From sequence record OP079919.1: a stretch of 64,000 nucleotides of DNA. One strand, written 5' to 3'. The notes beneath the pieces are model-generated. The model did no database searches and was not told where the DNA came from. It saw only the letters and a list, made by a program, of their open reading frames with translations. The position numbers were made by a program, and so were the translations under genes. Every line of letters starts with the position of its first letter. The first letter of the stretch is position 1. Shown piece by piece: positions 1-8,134 of the stretch.

Positions 1-2
1 AT

Positions 3-791
3 TCTGGTTACTATCTGCTTAACGCGGGGGGATTTAACGTCCCTAACCGTAACGGGATTAAATATACTGCCAACCAGTATATTCAAGAGTGTATGTCCGA
101 GGACTCCGATCTCATGCGTCGTATTAAACGCGGTGAGGTTTATGGGGAATGCGGACATCCTCCTATGTTCTTTTACGAACGCGTCAACGGTGTGATAGTA
201 AGAACCAAGATCACCGATCTTTATCAATGGATCATGCGTCTTAAAACTATCGACATGGACAGGGCGGCTTTCCACATTCGCAATATCCATTTTGATACTG
301 ACGCATGGACCCCTAACAACAACGGCCCGATCTATAACAGTATCGAAGTTAAACCTTACCTTTCAACCGTGTTTGGTAAGATGTTTGAAGAGAACCTGTT
401 AACACCTGATATGAACACCTCTGTTTCTATCAGGACGGTCACCGCTCCTCAGCAATTCGGTCATAAGTCTCGTGAGGTTGAATACTTCACTGGTTACGAT
501 TGGGTTTATGAGGCGGGCATGGATTGGGCTAACAAACACATGACTGCGGGATGCGAAGCCTTCCTGCAAGAAATGGTGTTTGATGAAAAACAATCCATGA
601 CGCTGGATACCGATACAGCTATTCAGCTGATCGAAGCAGGGCTGGAGAAGGTAGACAATATTCGTAGCGTTGAGGGCGTCGAAGCCTTTGAATCTATCAA
701 AGGACTGCTCGGGTCTCTTAAACGTCACAACGAAGATCGTAAACAGAAACACACCATTTCCTACGCTTCTAACTGTCTGGATTTATTCTGA
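3..791 (+). CDS. Prohead (head maturation) protease, T4 gp21/phiKZ gp175-like; 5' end truncated by the window
   Basis: The frame is open from nt 3 (SGYYLLNAGGFNVPNRNGIKY...). NRNG, GEVYGECGHP (His), SVSIR (Ser) and YDWV (Asp) follow the order of the T4 gp21 motifs. The C-terminal region has A/G-x-E sites (AGCE, GVE, AFE) typical of self-cleavage. Confidence 0.8.
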   Translation, partial: SGYYLLNAGGFNVPNRNGIKYTANQYIQECMSEDSDLMRRIKRGEVYGECGHPPMFFYERVNGVIVRTKITDLYQWIMRLKTIDMDRAAFHIRNIHFDTDAWTPNNNGPIYNSIEVKPYLSTVFGKMFEENLLTPDMNTSVSIRTVTAPQQFGHKSREVEYFTGYDWVYEAGMDWANKHMTAGCEAFLQEMVFDEKQSMTLDTDTAIQLIEAGLEKVDNIRSVEGVEAFESIKGLLGSLKRHNEDRKQKHTISYASNCLDLF

Positions 792-792
792 T

Positions 793-824
793 AATAACTG
801 GAGGGGGAAACCCCTCCAGTTATT
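793..824 (+). terminator. Intrinsic terminator
   Basis: 14-bp perfect stem AATAACTGGAGGGG/CCCCTCCAGTTATT with a GAAA loop and a T-run, directly after the stop codon. Confidence 0.85.
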
Positions 825-877
825 TTTTACTCACATCCTATTTTTATGTCGACATAACACAATAAGCGAGTTTAACC

Positions 878-1528
878 ATGTTTAAGAAAGATCTCTCACT
901 CACTCAACTTAACGATCTGGCAGCAATCAATTTTCTGGTAACCGCTCCTCTGGAAGTTAAATTGATCAGCAACCTTTACGGTGAGATGGAACGTATTTGG
1001 GGTCAGATGCGCGATCAATATGGCGAACATCTCATCGAACGCAATCTCGGGGGCGGGGTTAAATCTGACGGCGTAAGAGATTATGCCGAGAAACTCACCG
1101 TTCTCGTTTTTAACTCCATCGGATCATTCCAGCGTGGTCTGTCAAAGAAAACCATCGGTGATAAAAATGATGAAGCGACGACGCTCATTCGTCGTGTACC
1201 CGCATACACCGATCTGTCGAACGAAAAACTTTTCAAGATCTTCATGATCAATCTGTTCGGTTACGACGAAGATCTTATCGCAATCTCTTTTGCGACTAAC
1301 GATAAAGATCGTAGCAAACTGCTCTTCCGCTACATCCTCAATCGCTTTGACATCGTTCGTAACAATCCTGAGTCCGAAGAACTTATGGAAGGTTTCTATC
1401 CTGATAACTTCTTCGAGATCGTTGCCGAAAGACCAAGCGACGTTTATCAGGAATGTTTCGCGTACATCGTGGAACAGGGTTATCCGGTCATGAAAGCGCT
1501 GCAGTACTACGCGTCCTCTTTACGCTAA
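878..1528 (+). CDS. Hypothetical protein (216 aa)
   Basis: Long ORF with phage-like codon usage and no competing frame; no motif recognised. Confidence 0.8.
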   Translation: MFKKDLSLTQLNDLAAINFLVTAPLEVKLISNLYGEMERIWGQMRDQYGEHLIERNLGGGVKSDGVRDYAEKLTVLVFNSIGSFQRGLSKKTIGDKNDEATTLIRRVPAYTDLSNEKLFKIFMINLFGYDEDLIAISFATNDKDRSKLLFRYILNRFDIVRNNPESEELMEGFYPDNFFEIVAERPSDVYQECFAYIVEQGYPVMKALQYYASSLR

Positions 1529-1658
1529 AAGTTTTAAGACCTATATAACTAAGGTGAGGCAAACACAGACAAAACAGTCTGGGTGATGTTGTAACATCAT
1601 CTTTTCGTTTCCTCATCTTTCTTATTTTAACATCCAATTTATTATCGAGGACCGAAGA

Positions 1659-2102
1659 GTGAGCAAACTTAACAAAACTTATGCTGAATCCCAAACTGCC
1701 GCTATTGCCAATCTGACCGAACACGCGAGCTACGACAAAGCAACGGCGCACACTACCTTTTCAGCAGAAAAGTTTTCTTTGCCTGAAGGGGTAACCCCTG
1801 AAAGTATTAAGACGCACAAAGATCTCTTCATTGACATCACCGGTGCGATCGAAGAAGCTACCGCGCAACAAACGCTGGCAGCTCATAAGGCCGATGAAAA
1901 AATTCTCACCACCACGGGTTCTCTGGAACTGGGCGGGGTCGTCTTTACCTCTCAACACCACCTGAAACAAAAAGTAGGGGAGCACGAACTGTTCGGCGGG
2001 AGTGTAACCAGCGTCGATTACATCTATTCTCCCGAAGCGACCGAATGGGCGGCAAGCATGCGCGCCAATAACGCGAGTATCGCCGAAGATCTTTTTAAAT
2101 AA
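1659..2102 (+). CDS. Hypothetical protein (147 aa, Ala/Thr-rich)
   Basis: GTG start after GAGG, followed by a strong hairpin. Confidence 0.8.
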   Translation: MSKLNKTYAESQTAAIANLTEHASYDKATAHTTFSAEKFSLPEGVTPESIKTHKDLFIDITGAIEEATAQQTLAAHKADEKILTTTGSLELGGVVFTSQHHLKQKVGEHELFGGSVTSVDYIYSPEATEWAASMRANNASIAEDLFK

Positions 2103-2110
2103 GGCATTCT

Positions 2111-2135
2111 TACTCCTGCCCTTAGGGCAGGAGTA
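2111..2135 (+). terminator. Hairpin terminator flanked by 13-bp direct repeats
   Basis: TACTCCTGCCC-TTA-GGGCAGGAGTA, with TAAATAAGGCATT at 2096-2108 and 2134-2146. Confidence 0.75.
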
Positions 2136-2172
2136 AATAAGGCATTTTTATTTTTTAGGGGAAGAAAGTAGA

Positions 2173-2451
2173 ATGGCTTCTAAGTCAACCACAAGAATCT
2201 ACGAACTTGCAGATGGTGGGATTCGGATTGGGTTTGTGAGAAATGAAGAATCGATCAAGGTTAAGGTAGAACAGTTTGACCGAGAGCGCAAACTCATGAA
2301 TCTGTATGGTGCAACCATCCATATTTTAGAAAAAGCAGGTGCCATCACAGAATTAAGAAAAGTATTAGGTAAACAATTTCCTCGTTGGGGGTTCAATATG
2401 AATCCTGAAGCAAAGGAAGACATCGTGCTTACTTTTATCAAATTGTTCTAG
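2173..2451 (+). CDS. Hypothetical protein (92 aa)
   Basis: ATG with a purine-rich upstream sequence; followed by hairpin 2461-2485. Confidence 0.7.
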   Translation: MASKSTTRIYELADGGIRIGFVRNEESIKVKVEQFDRERKLMNLYGATIHILEKAGAITELRKVLGKQFPRWGFNMNPEAKEDIVLTFIKLF

Positions 2452-2552
2452 TATTTTATGGTAGGGGTGCTTTAGGCACTCCTACTGGACTCATCGTGCA
2501 TTTTAATTCAACACACAAAAAGAATGAGACCTGTACTATTTAAGTAAGAACA

Positions 2553-3254
2553 ATGATAGGAGTTGCTTTCATGGATTCAATAAGCTGGTACGGAAAATTT
2601 AAAGCAGTAACCGAGGATTTGATTCCGGTTGATCTTTTACGGTACTGCTTATGGTCGATCACCTTTAATGACAAAGCGCATGATTTGAATCACGTTTATC
2701 ATGTTTGTAAACAAGGGAACGATCTTGCATTATTACAAGATTACGACGACCACTGGCGAAGCCTAGTATTAGCCGGTTGCCTGCTTCATGACATTGGGTG
2801 TCGTTACGATCGTAAAACCCATCATCTCATAGCCTATGGGTTGGTCTTCGATTTAACCCATCGTTATTGCACCGGACACTATTCGCCGGAAGAGACATTG
2901 ATCATTGCGAAAAGTTGTCTGGAGCACAGAGCAAGCTGGGAGGGTGATTTCAGTCATCCTATTTCAGAAACGGTTGCTCTGGCCGACAGAGGTATTCCTG
3001 ATTTCGAGTTATACTGCAAACGAGCCGTTCAGTTCAGGTTAGATCAAAACCTGACTGAAGATGTTTTGGTAGAAGAAGTTCGCGTTCACATGTTAGACAA
3101 GTTCCTACCTAAGACGGGTTACGTTTGGAAAAACTATCCTGAATTAGGATTGTCTTTATATGAACAAGAATGGAAAGTGTTCCACGATAAACTTAAAGAC
3201 GAAGTTGTCTTTAGAGAGGCTGTACTAGAAGCGTACCGTAAATTAAAATCTTAA
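2553..3254 (+). CDS. HD-domain metal-dependent phosphohydrolase
   Basis: AHDLNH...GCLLHDIG...HH...EH...ALAD matches the H...HD...D pattern of the HD superfamily. Confidence 0.85.
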   Translation: MIGVAFMDSISWYGKFKAVTEDLIPVDLLRYCLWSITFNDKAHDLNHVYHVCKQGNDLALLQDYDDHWRSLVLAGCLLHDIGCRYDRKTHHLIAYGLVFDLTHRYCTGHYSPEETLIIAKSCLEHRASWEGDFSHPISETVALADRGIPDFELYCKRAVQFRLDQNLTEDVLVEEVRVHMLDKFLPKTGYVWKNYPELGLSLYEQEWKVFHDKLKDEVVFREAVLEAYRKLKS

Positions 3255-3311
3255 TCTATATTGTTAACGTCCTCATAAGGGGCGTTAACAATAACCTACG
3301 AGGAAATCATC

Positions 3312-3806
3312 ATGATTATTTTACTTGCTGTTTTTGCTATTATCCTTTGTATTGGTTTTTGTTATAAAAAGATCAATATCAAAAACGACATCGGAATCAA
3401 GGTTAACAACGCCACAAAGATGGTTATCGATATTAACCTTGGTAAAATTAAAGGCGAATTCAAGATCGTTAAACACAGTCGCTGTTTCAAACCAAGAGTC
3501 TCTCCTGGTCTAAATGGATTGGTTTATACCGTCCCTGTGTTTTGTACGTTATCTGAATTCATCACCGGCTTATATTCTGAAGAAATAAGACCTTACGACA
3601 AACAAAAAGATAAACACCTCTTAGACGTCGTCAGAGCCATCGTAGGGGCCGAATTAAAGGACGATGGTATGATTGCCTTATTCGACGACACGACCCTTTG
3701 TGAGACCGTAGAGAGAGCCAGAGAGTCATTTGTGATGAATAAGGATTATTTCTTCTCTGAGAAGGGGTGGAACCGAGGCAATGTTATTGCACCTATCAAC
3801 CTTTAA
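3312..3806 (+). CDS. Hypothetical protein with N-terminal membrane anchor
   Basis: GAGG RBS; hydrophobic N-terminus MIILLAVFAIILCIGFCY followed by KK. Confidence 0.75.
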   Translation: MIILLAVFAIILCIGFCYKKINIKNDIGIKVNNATKMVIDINLGKIKGEFKIVKHSRCFKPRVSPGLNGLVYTVPVFCTLSEFITGLYSEEIRPYDKQKDKHLLDVVRAIVGAELKDDGMIALFDDTTLCETVERARESFVMNKDYFFSEKGWNRGNVIAPINL

Positions 3807-3820
3807 TTAAGGATTTTAAA

Positions 3821-3961
3821 ATGTCTGACATGTTTGACGTGGATCAACTCAACAACCTGAACCTGGAAGCGGTTGAAGAGAAAGTCGAATCTCTTCGTGA
3901 TGGTGGCGGTGAAGTTGTCGAGGCTTCCGATGAATGTGAAGGCGGCGCCTGCAAAATTTAA
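3821..3961 (+). CDS. 46-aa acidic protein ending in an NrdA-like redox tail (ECEGGACKI)
   Basis: AAGGA RBS at 3809-3813, ATG 3821, TAA 3959-3961, then a terminator. MSDMFDVDQLNNLNLEAVEEKVESLRDGGGEVVEASDECEGGACKI; the C-terminus resembles E. coli NrdA ...DDGCESGACKI. Confidence 0.8.
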   Translation: MSDMFDVDQLNNLNLEAVEEKVESLRDGGGEVVEASDECEGGACKI

Positions 3962-3970
3962 AACGCGTAA

Positions 3971-4004
3971 TAACTCCTACTCCCCGCATGGGGAGTAGGA
4001 GTTA
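3971..4004. terminator. Bidirectional terminator between convergent genes
   Basis: 15-bp perfect stem TAACTCCTACTCCCC/GGGGAGTAGGAGTTA with loop GCAT. Confidence 0.85.
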
Positions 4005-4020
4005 ACAGTACTTTTTTTTC

Positions 4021-4917
4021 TTACAGCATGTATTCAGGAGCGGTAACTTTAGCCGCTTCACGAGTCATCGCAGCAAGAGTTCCAGAATCGGTAAGACTCT
4101 GGAGAATCGCCGTAGGCTGCAGGAATCCGGATTCAGCACCGCGACCAGCTGGGTTATACATCGGGAGTTTGCTCAGGAAAGAACGAGCAATCTCTTTAGC
4201 GGCCTGGGTATCGAAATCGATCAGACCGGTGTATTCCATGTTGATGTCACGCATCTGACCAGCTTCGTCTTTGTTACGACGCATCTGGATTTCAACGGTG
4301 TTACGCGGCATGATGCCTACTGCAAGAGCAGCGTGGGCAACATCACGCATATTACGCGTCGGTTCCAGATAAATGTTCGCACAAGAGATTTGGTCGATCA
4401 GGAGATCACCTGGATCGTCGAGGATAACCGCACGAGGGTGACCCAGATCCGGATCGTTCAAACCATACAGAGACCAGGAGCGATGGAGGTTAGTATAAAC
4501 CTCACCTTCGATATCCACGCCAGCATGGTTGATAACACCGAGGGTACGAGTACCGCCCGACGGCACGGAGAATACACGGCCAGAGAAACGCTGTTCTGCG
4601 AATTCGGTCTCGATACGTTCAGAGAGACCGGTGATTTCACGACTACGCGTTTCAAACCAGGATTTCGCCAGTGAGTGGAGGATGTTACCTGCCGGCATAC
4701 GGCTAAACAACGCAGGGGTGCTGATACAGAAGCACCAGGTCTGCTGTTGAATATGCGGATGCTCGGAGACCATGTTGGCGATATTGGGAGCCCAGCCATA
4801 CTGGCCCCCTTGAGGGCCATTCAGAACAGGACGGTCGCCCACGCCGAACGCAGAGTACCATTCAGAACTCCCAGGTACCAGCGTGGTTGTGTTCCTAAAC
4901 GGAGTGTTGCTTGACAT
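4021..4917 (-). CDS. Tail tube protein (phiKZ gp30-like)
   Basis: 298 aa, immediately downstream of the sheath gene in the canonical sheath-tube order of phiKZ-like phages. Confidence 0.8.
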   Translation of the reverse strand: MSSNTPFRNTTTLVPGSSEWYSAFGVGDRPVLNGPQGGQYGWAPNIANMVSEHPHIQQQTWCFCISTPALFSRMPAGNILHSLAKSWFETRSREITGLSERIETEFAEQRFSGRVFSVPSGGTRTLGVINHAGVDIEGEVYTNLHRSWSLYGLNDPDLGHPRAVILDDPGDLLIDQISCANIYLEPTRNMRDVAHAALAVGIMPRNTVEIQMRRNKDEAGQMRDINMEYTGLIDFDTQAAKEIARSFLSKLPMYNPAGRGAESGFLQPTAILQSLTDSGTLAAMTREAAKVTAPEYML

Positions 4918-4932
4918 TTAGAGTCACCTTAC

Positions 4933-7092
4933 TTAGGAGTTAGTGGTATCGAGATCTTGTTCGTTATACGCGGCAAGACTCATGTTCATCATGTACTTAC
5001 CTTTACGGAACCAGACGTTAGCGACGGCGTTCAACACCGCACGACTGCCGGCTCCGGTCTCGTTATAAGTACAGTCAACCCGAAGGTCTTTAAACATGGT
5101 GCCCATACGACGACGAATAGCTGCTTCAGATGTGTCTTTTACCGTTGCCGCGTAAGTCGTAGCGTCAATGGTCGTATCGCCGGACACCAGTGTCCACGCA
5201 TCGGCGACAATCTTCTCAATACAAACCGCAGTGAAGTTAGTGATCAGATCTTTCAGCACAGAATCGTTATCGTCATACACCGTTGGAAGCGCAGGACGGT
5301 AATACTGAGACGTGTTGTACGGACGAAGACTGATACCACCTTCATCGAAGTTATTCGCAGCAGCGTCATCGCCTTCGAAGTCCATGGTCGGAGAATGCAT
5401 CTGAGTGAGGATACGGTTATCACCATGATCCGGAGAATTCACCGAGCTCAGGTTACCACCGCTATTACCGCCAAGACGAGCGAAGAAGTAAGCCAGGTCC
5501 AGCGTTTGCGGGAATTCAAGGCCGGTGCTTTCGTCGATGATCTTAGCATCCCACAGGGAGATAGCCGCACGGGACGCCGGAGTGCCGTAAAGCGAAGATT
5601 CCGGATACAGACGAATCTTAGTCGCCAGAGACTGCATCATGGAATAACGCTGGGCGATGGTATTGTCTTCCAGCCATTCGGAAGCCTGCAGGATCAGAAT
5701 CTGATCTTTGCGGGTGTTCCAGAGCTCGATCAGCGCGTTCTTAATATCCAGGTTATAACCCACATCCCAGATAACAGATTGGCGGTTGCGCGTCCAATCG
5801 TTAACAGTGGACGATTGAGCATAAGCCTGAATATCAGCCAGATACAGAGACTGGGCTACAGTCCAAGCGTCTTTGATACTCAGCTGGTCAATATGGCCGT
5901 TGTTGGTCGCCGGGTCGAAGTTGTAAGTTCCTTCAACCGGAACCGGTGTAGTCCGATCCGCTTTCAGGAACGGAGAGATACCGCCAGCAGCGTCGATATA
6001 ACCGGAGTTAGCGAACGGGTTAGCGTCATCCACCAACATACACGCATAGTACGGAACGTTGGTATGGTTGGTCAGCGTGAACGGGTTCATCTGACGAATT
6101 GGGTTGACGCCCGTTACGTTAACAAGCGCCGATTTACCGGCAGCCAGTTCTGCTGCATACAGCGCCGCACAAACTTCCTGGATGTTCTGATCGTAGACCT
6201 TGACTTCGTAGAACGGAGCAGGGCGCAGAGTCACCTGACGGTTGACGTTAGCGTTGGTGAAGTCACCCACTGCAGTCGCCAGGCTGTAACGAACATCGTA
6301 CTTGTCTTTGGTGTTGAACAGCGTGTACGTTGCCGATTCACCGCCATTAACGTTGGAGAAGAAAGTCGGGACGCCCGTAGAAGATTTTACGTACATTCTC
6401 ATTGAGAACGGGAACACGCCGTATTCTTCAACGAAATCTGACACTGAATCCCAATCCGTGGAAGCATCGAGACCCATGGTCAAACCGTGCAGGTTATATG
6501 CGTCACCAACGCCAGCCGGAAGTTCGAAGAACGGATACTGAGTAAACGTAACTTCTTCCCCATTCACCGTTTCGGTGAACGTCGATTTTACGAGCTTGCC
6601 GTATTCTGGCGTGGTCGGCGCGGTAACGTCGAGCTTAACCAGTTTAACGTAAACGCCCGGCACTGCGGTACCGCCGGTAACAGGGATCAGCTCACCGTCG
6701 TCGTCGAAAAGATAGCTGCCGTCAGTCGCACGCTGATACTGAGGAATAGATGTACCGTTCCCGATAGCGATGGCGTAAGCAACACGAGCTACTACGGTGT
6801 TGGCGGAAACACGGCGTACGCCAAAACCACCCTGACCGCCGGAGGTGATCATCGAGATCAGCCGAGATACCGGGGAGTAGTAAGGGGTGTCAACATCCAG
6901 GATATCGCCGTAAAGATTGGTAAAGTCACTTGAGTTTATGAAACTCTGTCCGAGTTCACCCTTAGGGGTGACTACGGGAATAACCGGGTAATGACAAGGA
7001 TACGTAGGCAGAGACGTTACCGGGTTTAAGCGGCCTTTATCGTCCATACCGTTATTGATGACTTGTCCCGGAATGATTTTTGTAAAGCTCAT
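4933..7092 (-). CDS. Contractile tail sheath protein (phiKZ gp29-like)
   Basis: 719 aa with strongly biased codons. Sheath-like N-terminus (IIPGQVINNG...PVVTPKG...FTNLYG) and C-terminal WDVGY segment; divergent from the baseplate/terminase operon as in phiKZ and SPN3US. Confidence 0.88.
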   Translation of the reverse strand: MSFTKIIPGQVINNGMDDKGRLNPVTSLPTYPCHYPVIPVVTPKGELGQSFINSSDFTNLYGDILDVDTPYYSPVSRLISMITSGGQGGFGVRRVSANTVVARVAYAIAIGNGTSIPQYQRATDGSYLFDDDGELIPVTGGTAVPGVYVKLVKLDVTAPTTPEYGKLVKSTFTETVNGEEVTFTQYPFFELPAGVGDAYNLHGLTMGLDASTDWDSVSDFVEEYGVFPFSMRMYVKSSTGVPTFFSNVNGGESATYTLFNTKDKYDVRYSLATAVGDFTNANVNRQVTLRPAPFYEVKVYDQNIQEVCAALYAAELAAGKSALVNVTGVNPIRQMNPFTLTNHTNVPYYACMLVDDANPFANSGYIDAAGGISPFLKADRTTPVPVEGTYNFDPATNNGHIDQLSIKDAWTVAQSLYLADIQAYAQSSTVNDWTRNRQSVIWDVGYNLDIKNALIELWNTRKDQILILQASEWLEDNTIAQRYSMMQSLATKIRLYPESSLYGTPASRAAISLWDAKIIDESTGLEFPQTLDLAYFFARLGGNSGGNLSSVNSPDHGDNRILTQMHSPTMDFEGDDAAANNFDEGGISLRPYNTSQYYRPALPTVYDDNDSVLKDLITNFTAVCIEKIVADAWTLVSGDTTIDATTYAATVKDTSEAAIRRRMGTMFKDLRVDCTYNETGAGSRAVLNAVANVWFRKGKYMMNMSLAAYNEQDLDTTNS

Positions 7093-7250
7093 GCTCTAAG
7101 CCTCATATTCGGAAAACGTTTTATTAAGATATTTTTTTGATCAAAAAAATATAGATGGCCGGCAATCGTATGTCTAGAGTCACCATAAGTTACTCTCGTT
7201 TAATTTAACCGAACCCGGCACATAACATTCAACATAAGGAGCGGGGAGTC

Positions 7251-8129
7251 ATGCTTCTCAACGCATACGAAACCACAGTTGGCAAACCCTTTGCGATCAT
7301 GGATAAAGTCCAGGGCGTCCTAAAATCGTTAGCGACGATGGATGACTTAGACCATTCCAGTAAAGAAGGGGTTTATTTCATTACCTATGAAAACGGCAGC
7401 CAACTTCCTCTTTTTATTTTCCCTTTAAGTTTATTGGATCATCAGCGTCGTAAAATCACTGTTGTTGACAAGCGCCCCTTCTCCAATAAAAAAGACATCA
7501 TCATTAGCCCTGTGGAATTTATCGGGCAGTTCACCGCGGCGTGCATTCAGCAAGATGTGTTTGAAGGAAACTTAAACACCATCAAAAATTCTCGTTATCT
7601 GACGACTCGCGGATACGCCAAATCCCTCAGCAATCGCATTGGGCGTCAGAGCGGTTTAGACCCAAGAGAAATGATTGAGCTCGCCATCATTCTAGGTCAC
7701 TTCTTTGTATGTCTCACAGAAAAGCAAAACGACGATTACCAGTTCGTTAGCGCCAACGTACTGAAAAATGCGTTGCAATTAGATCAGAGTATGACTCAGC
7801 CTATTATTGAAGAGATGGGGTTCATTTCAACCATCCCTGAGCTGACCAAATATATCGCTGATCGACCGGGCTTTTTCAAACTGAAGAATTTCACCCAAAA
7901 AGATTTTATCGGGTTGGGTAGCAACATCATCTTCAGTAACCTCGGCAAACAGGTTGTCGGCGCAGCACTGGAACACCCTCCGTTATTTACCGGATTATGC
8001 TTTATGGCGCTGAAGAACAGAATGTACCTTCAGACTGTTTTGGGTCAGCAAATCGATCCTAAGTACAACGAAAGATTAACCGATAGTTTTGTTAAAATGA
8101 TCAACGGGAATTATCCCGTCCAACTTTAA
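7251..8129 (+). CDS. Virion structural protein (phiKZ gp28-like, baseplate region)
   Basis: AGGAG RBS; first of three genes between sheath and terminase (synteny). Confidence 0.7.
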   Translation: MLLNAYETTVGKPFAIMDKVQGVLKSLATMDDLDHSSKEGVYFITYENGSQLPLFIFPLSLLDHQRRKITVVDKRPFSNKKDIIISPVEFIGQFTAACIQQDVFEGNLNTIKNSRYLTTRGYAKSLSNRIGRQSGLDPREMIELAIILGHFFVCLTEKQNDDYQFVSANVLKNALQLDQSMTQPIIEEMGFISTIPELTKYIADRPGFFKLKNFTQKDFIGLGSNIIFSNLGKQVVGAALEHPPLFTGLCFMALKNRMYLQTVLGQQIDPKYNERLTDSFVKMINGNYPVQL

Positions 8130-8134
8130 AAGGA

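Noticed and set aside
4957-6933. Long antisense ORFs (482 and 148 aa) opposite the tail sheath
   Set aside because: Shadow ORFs expected from the strong codon bias of a highly expressed gene; no RBS and implausible composition.
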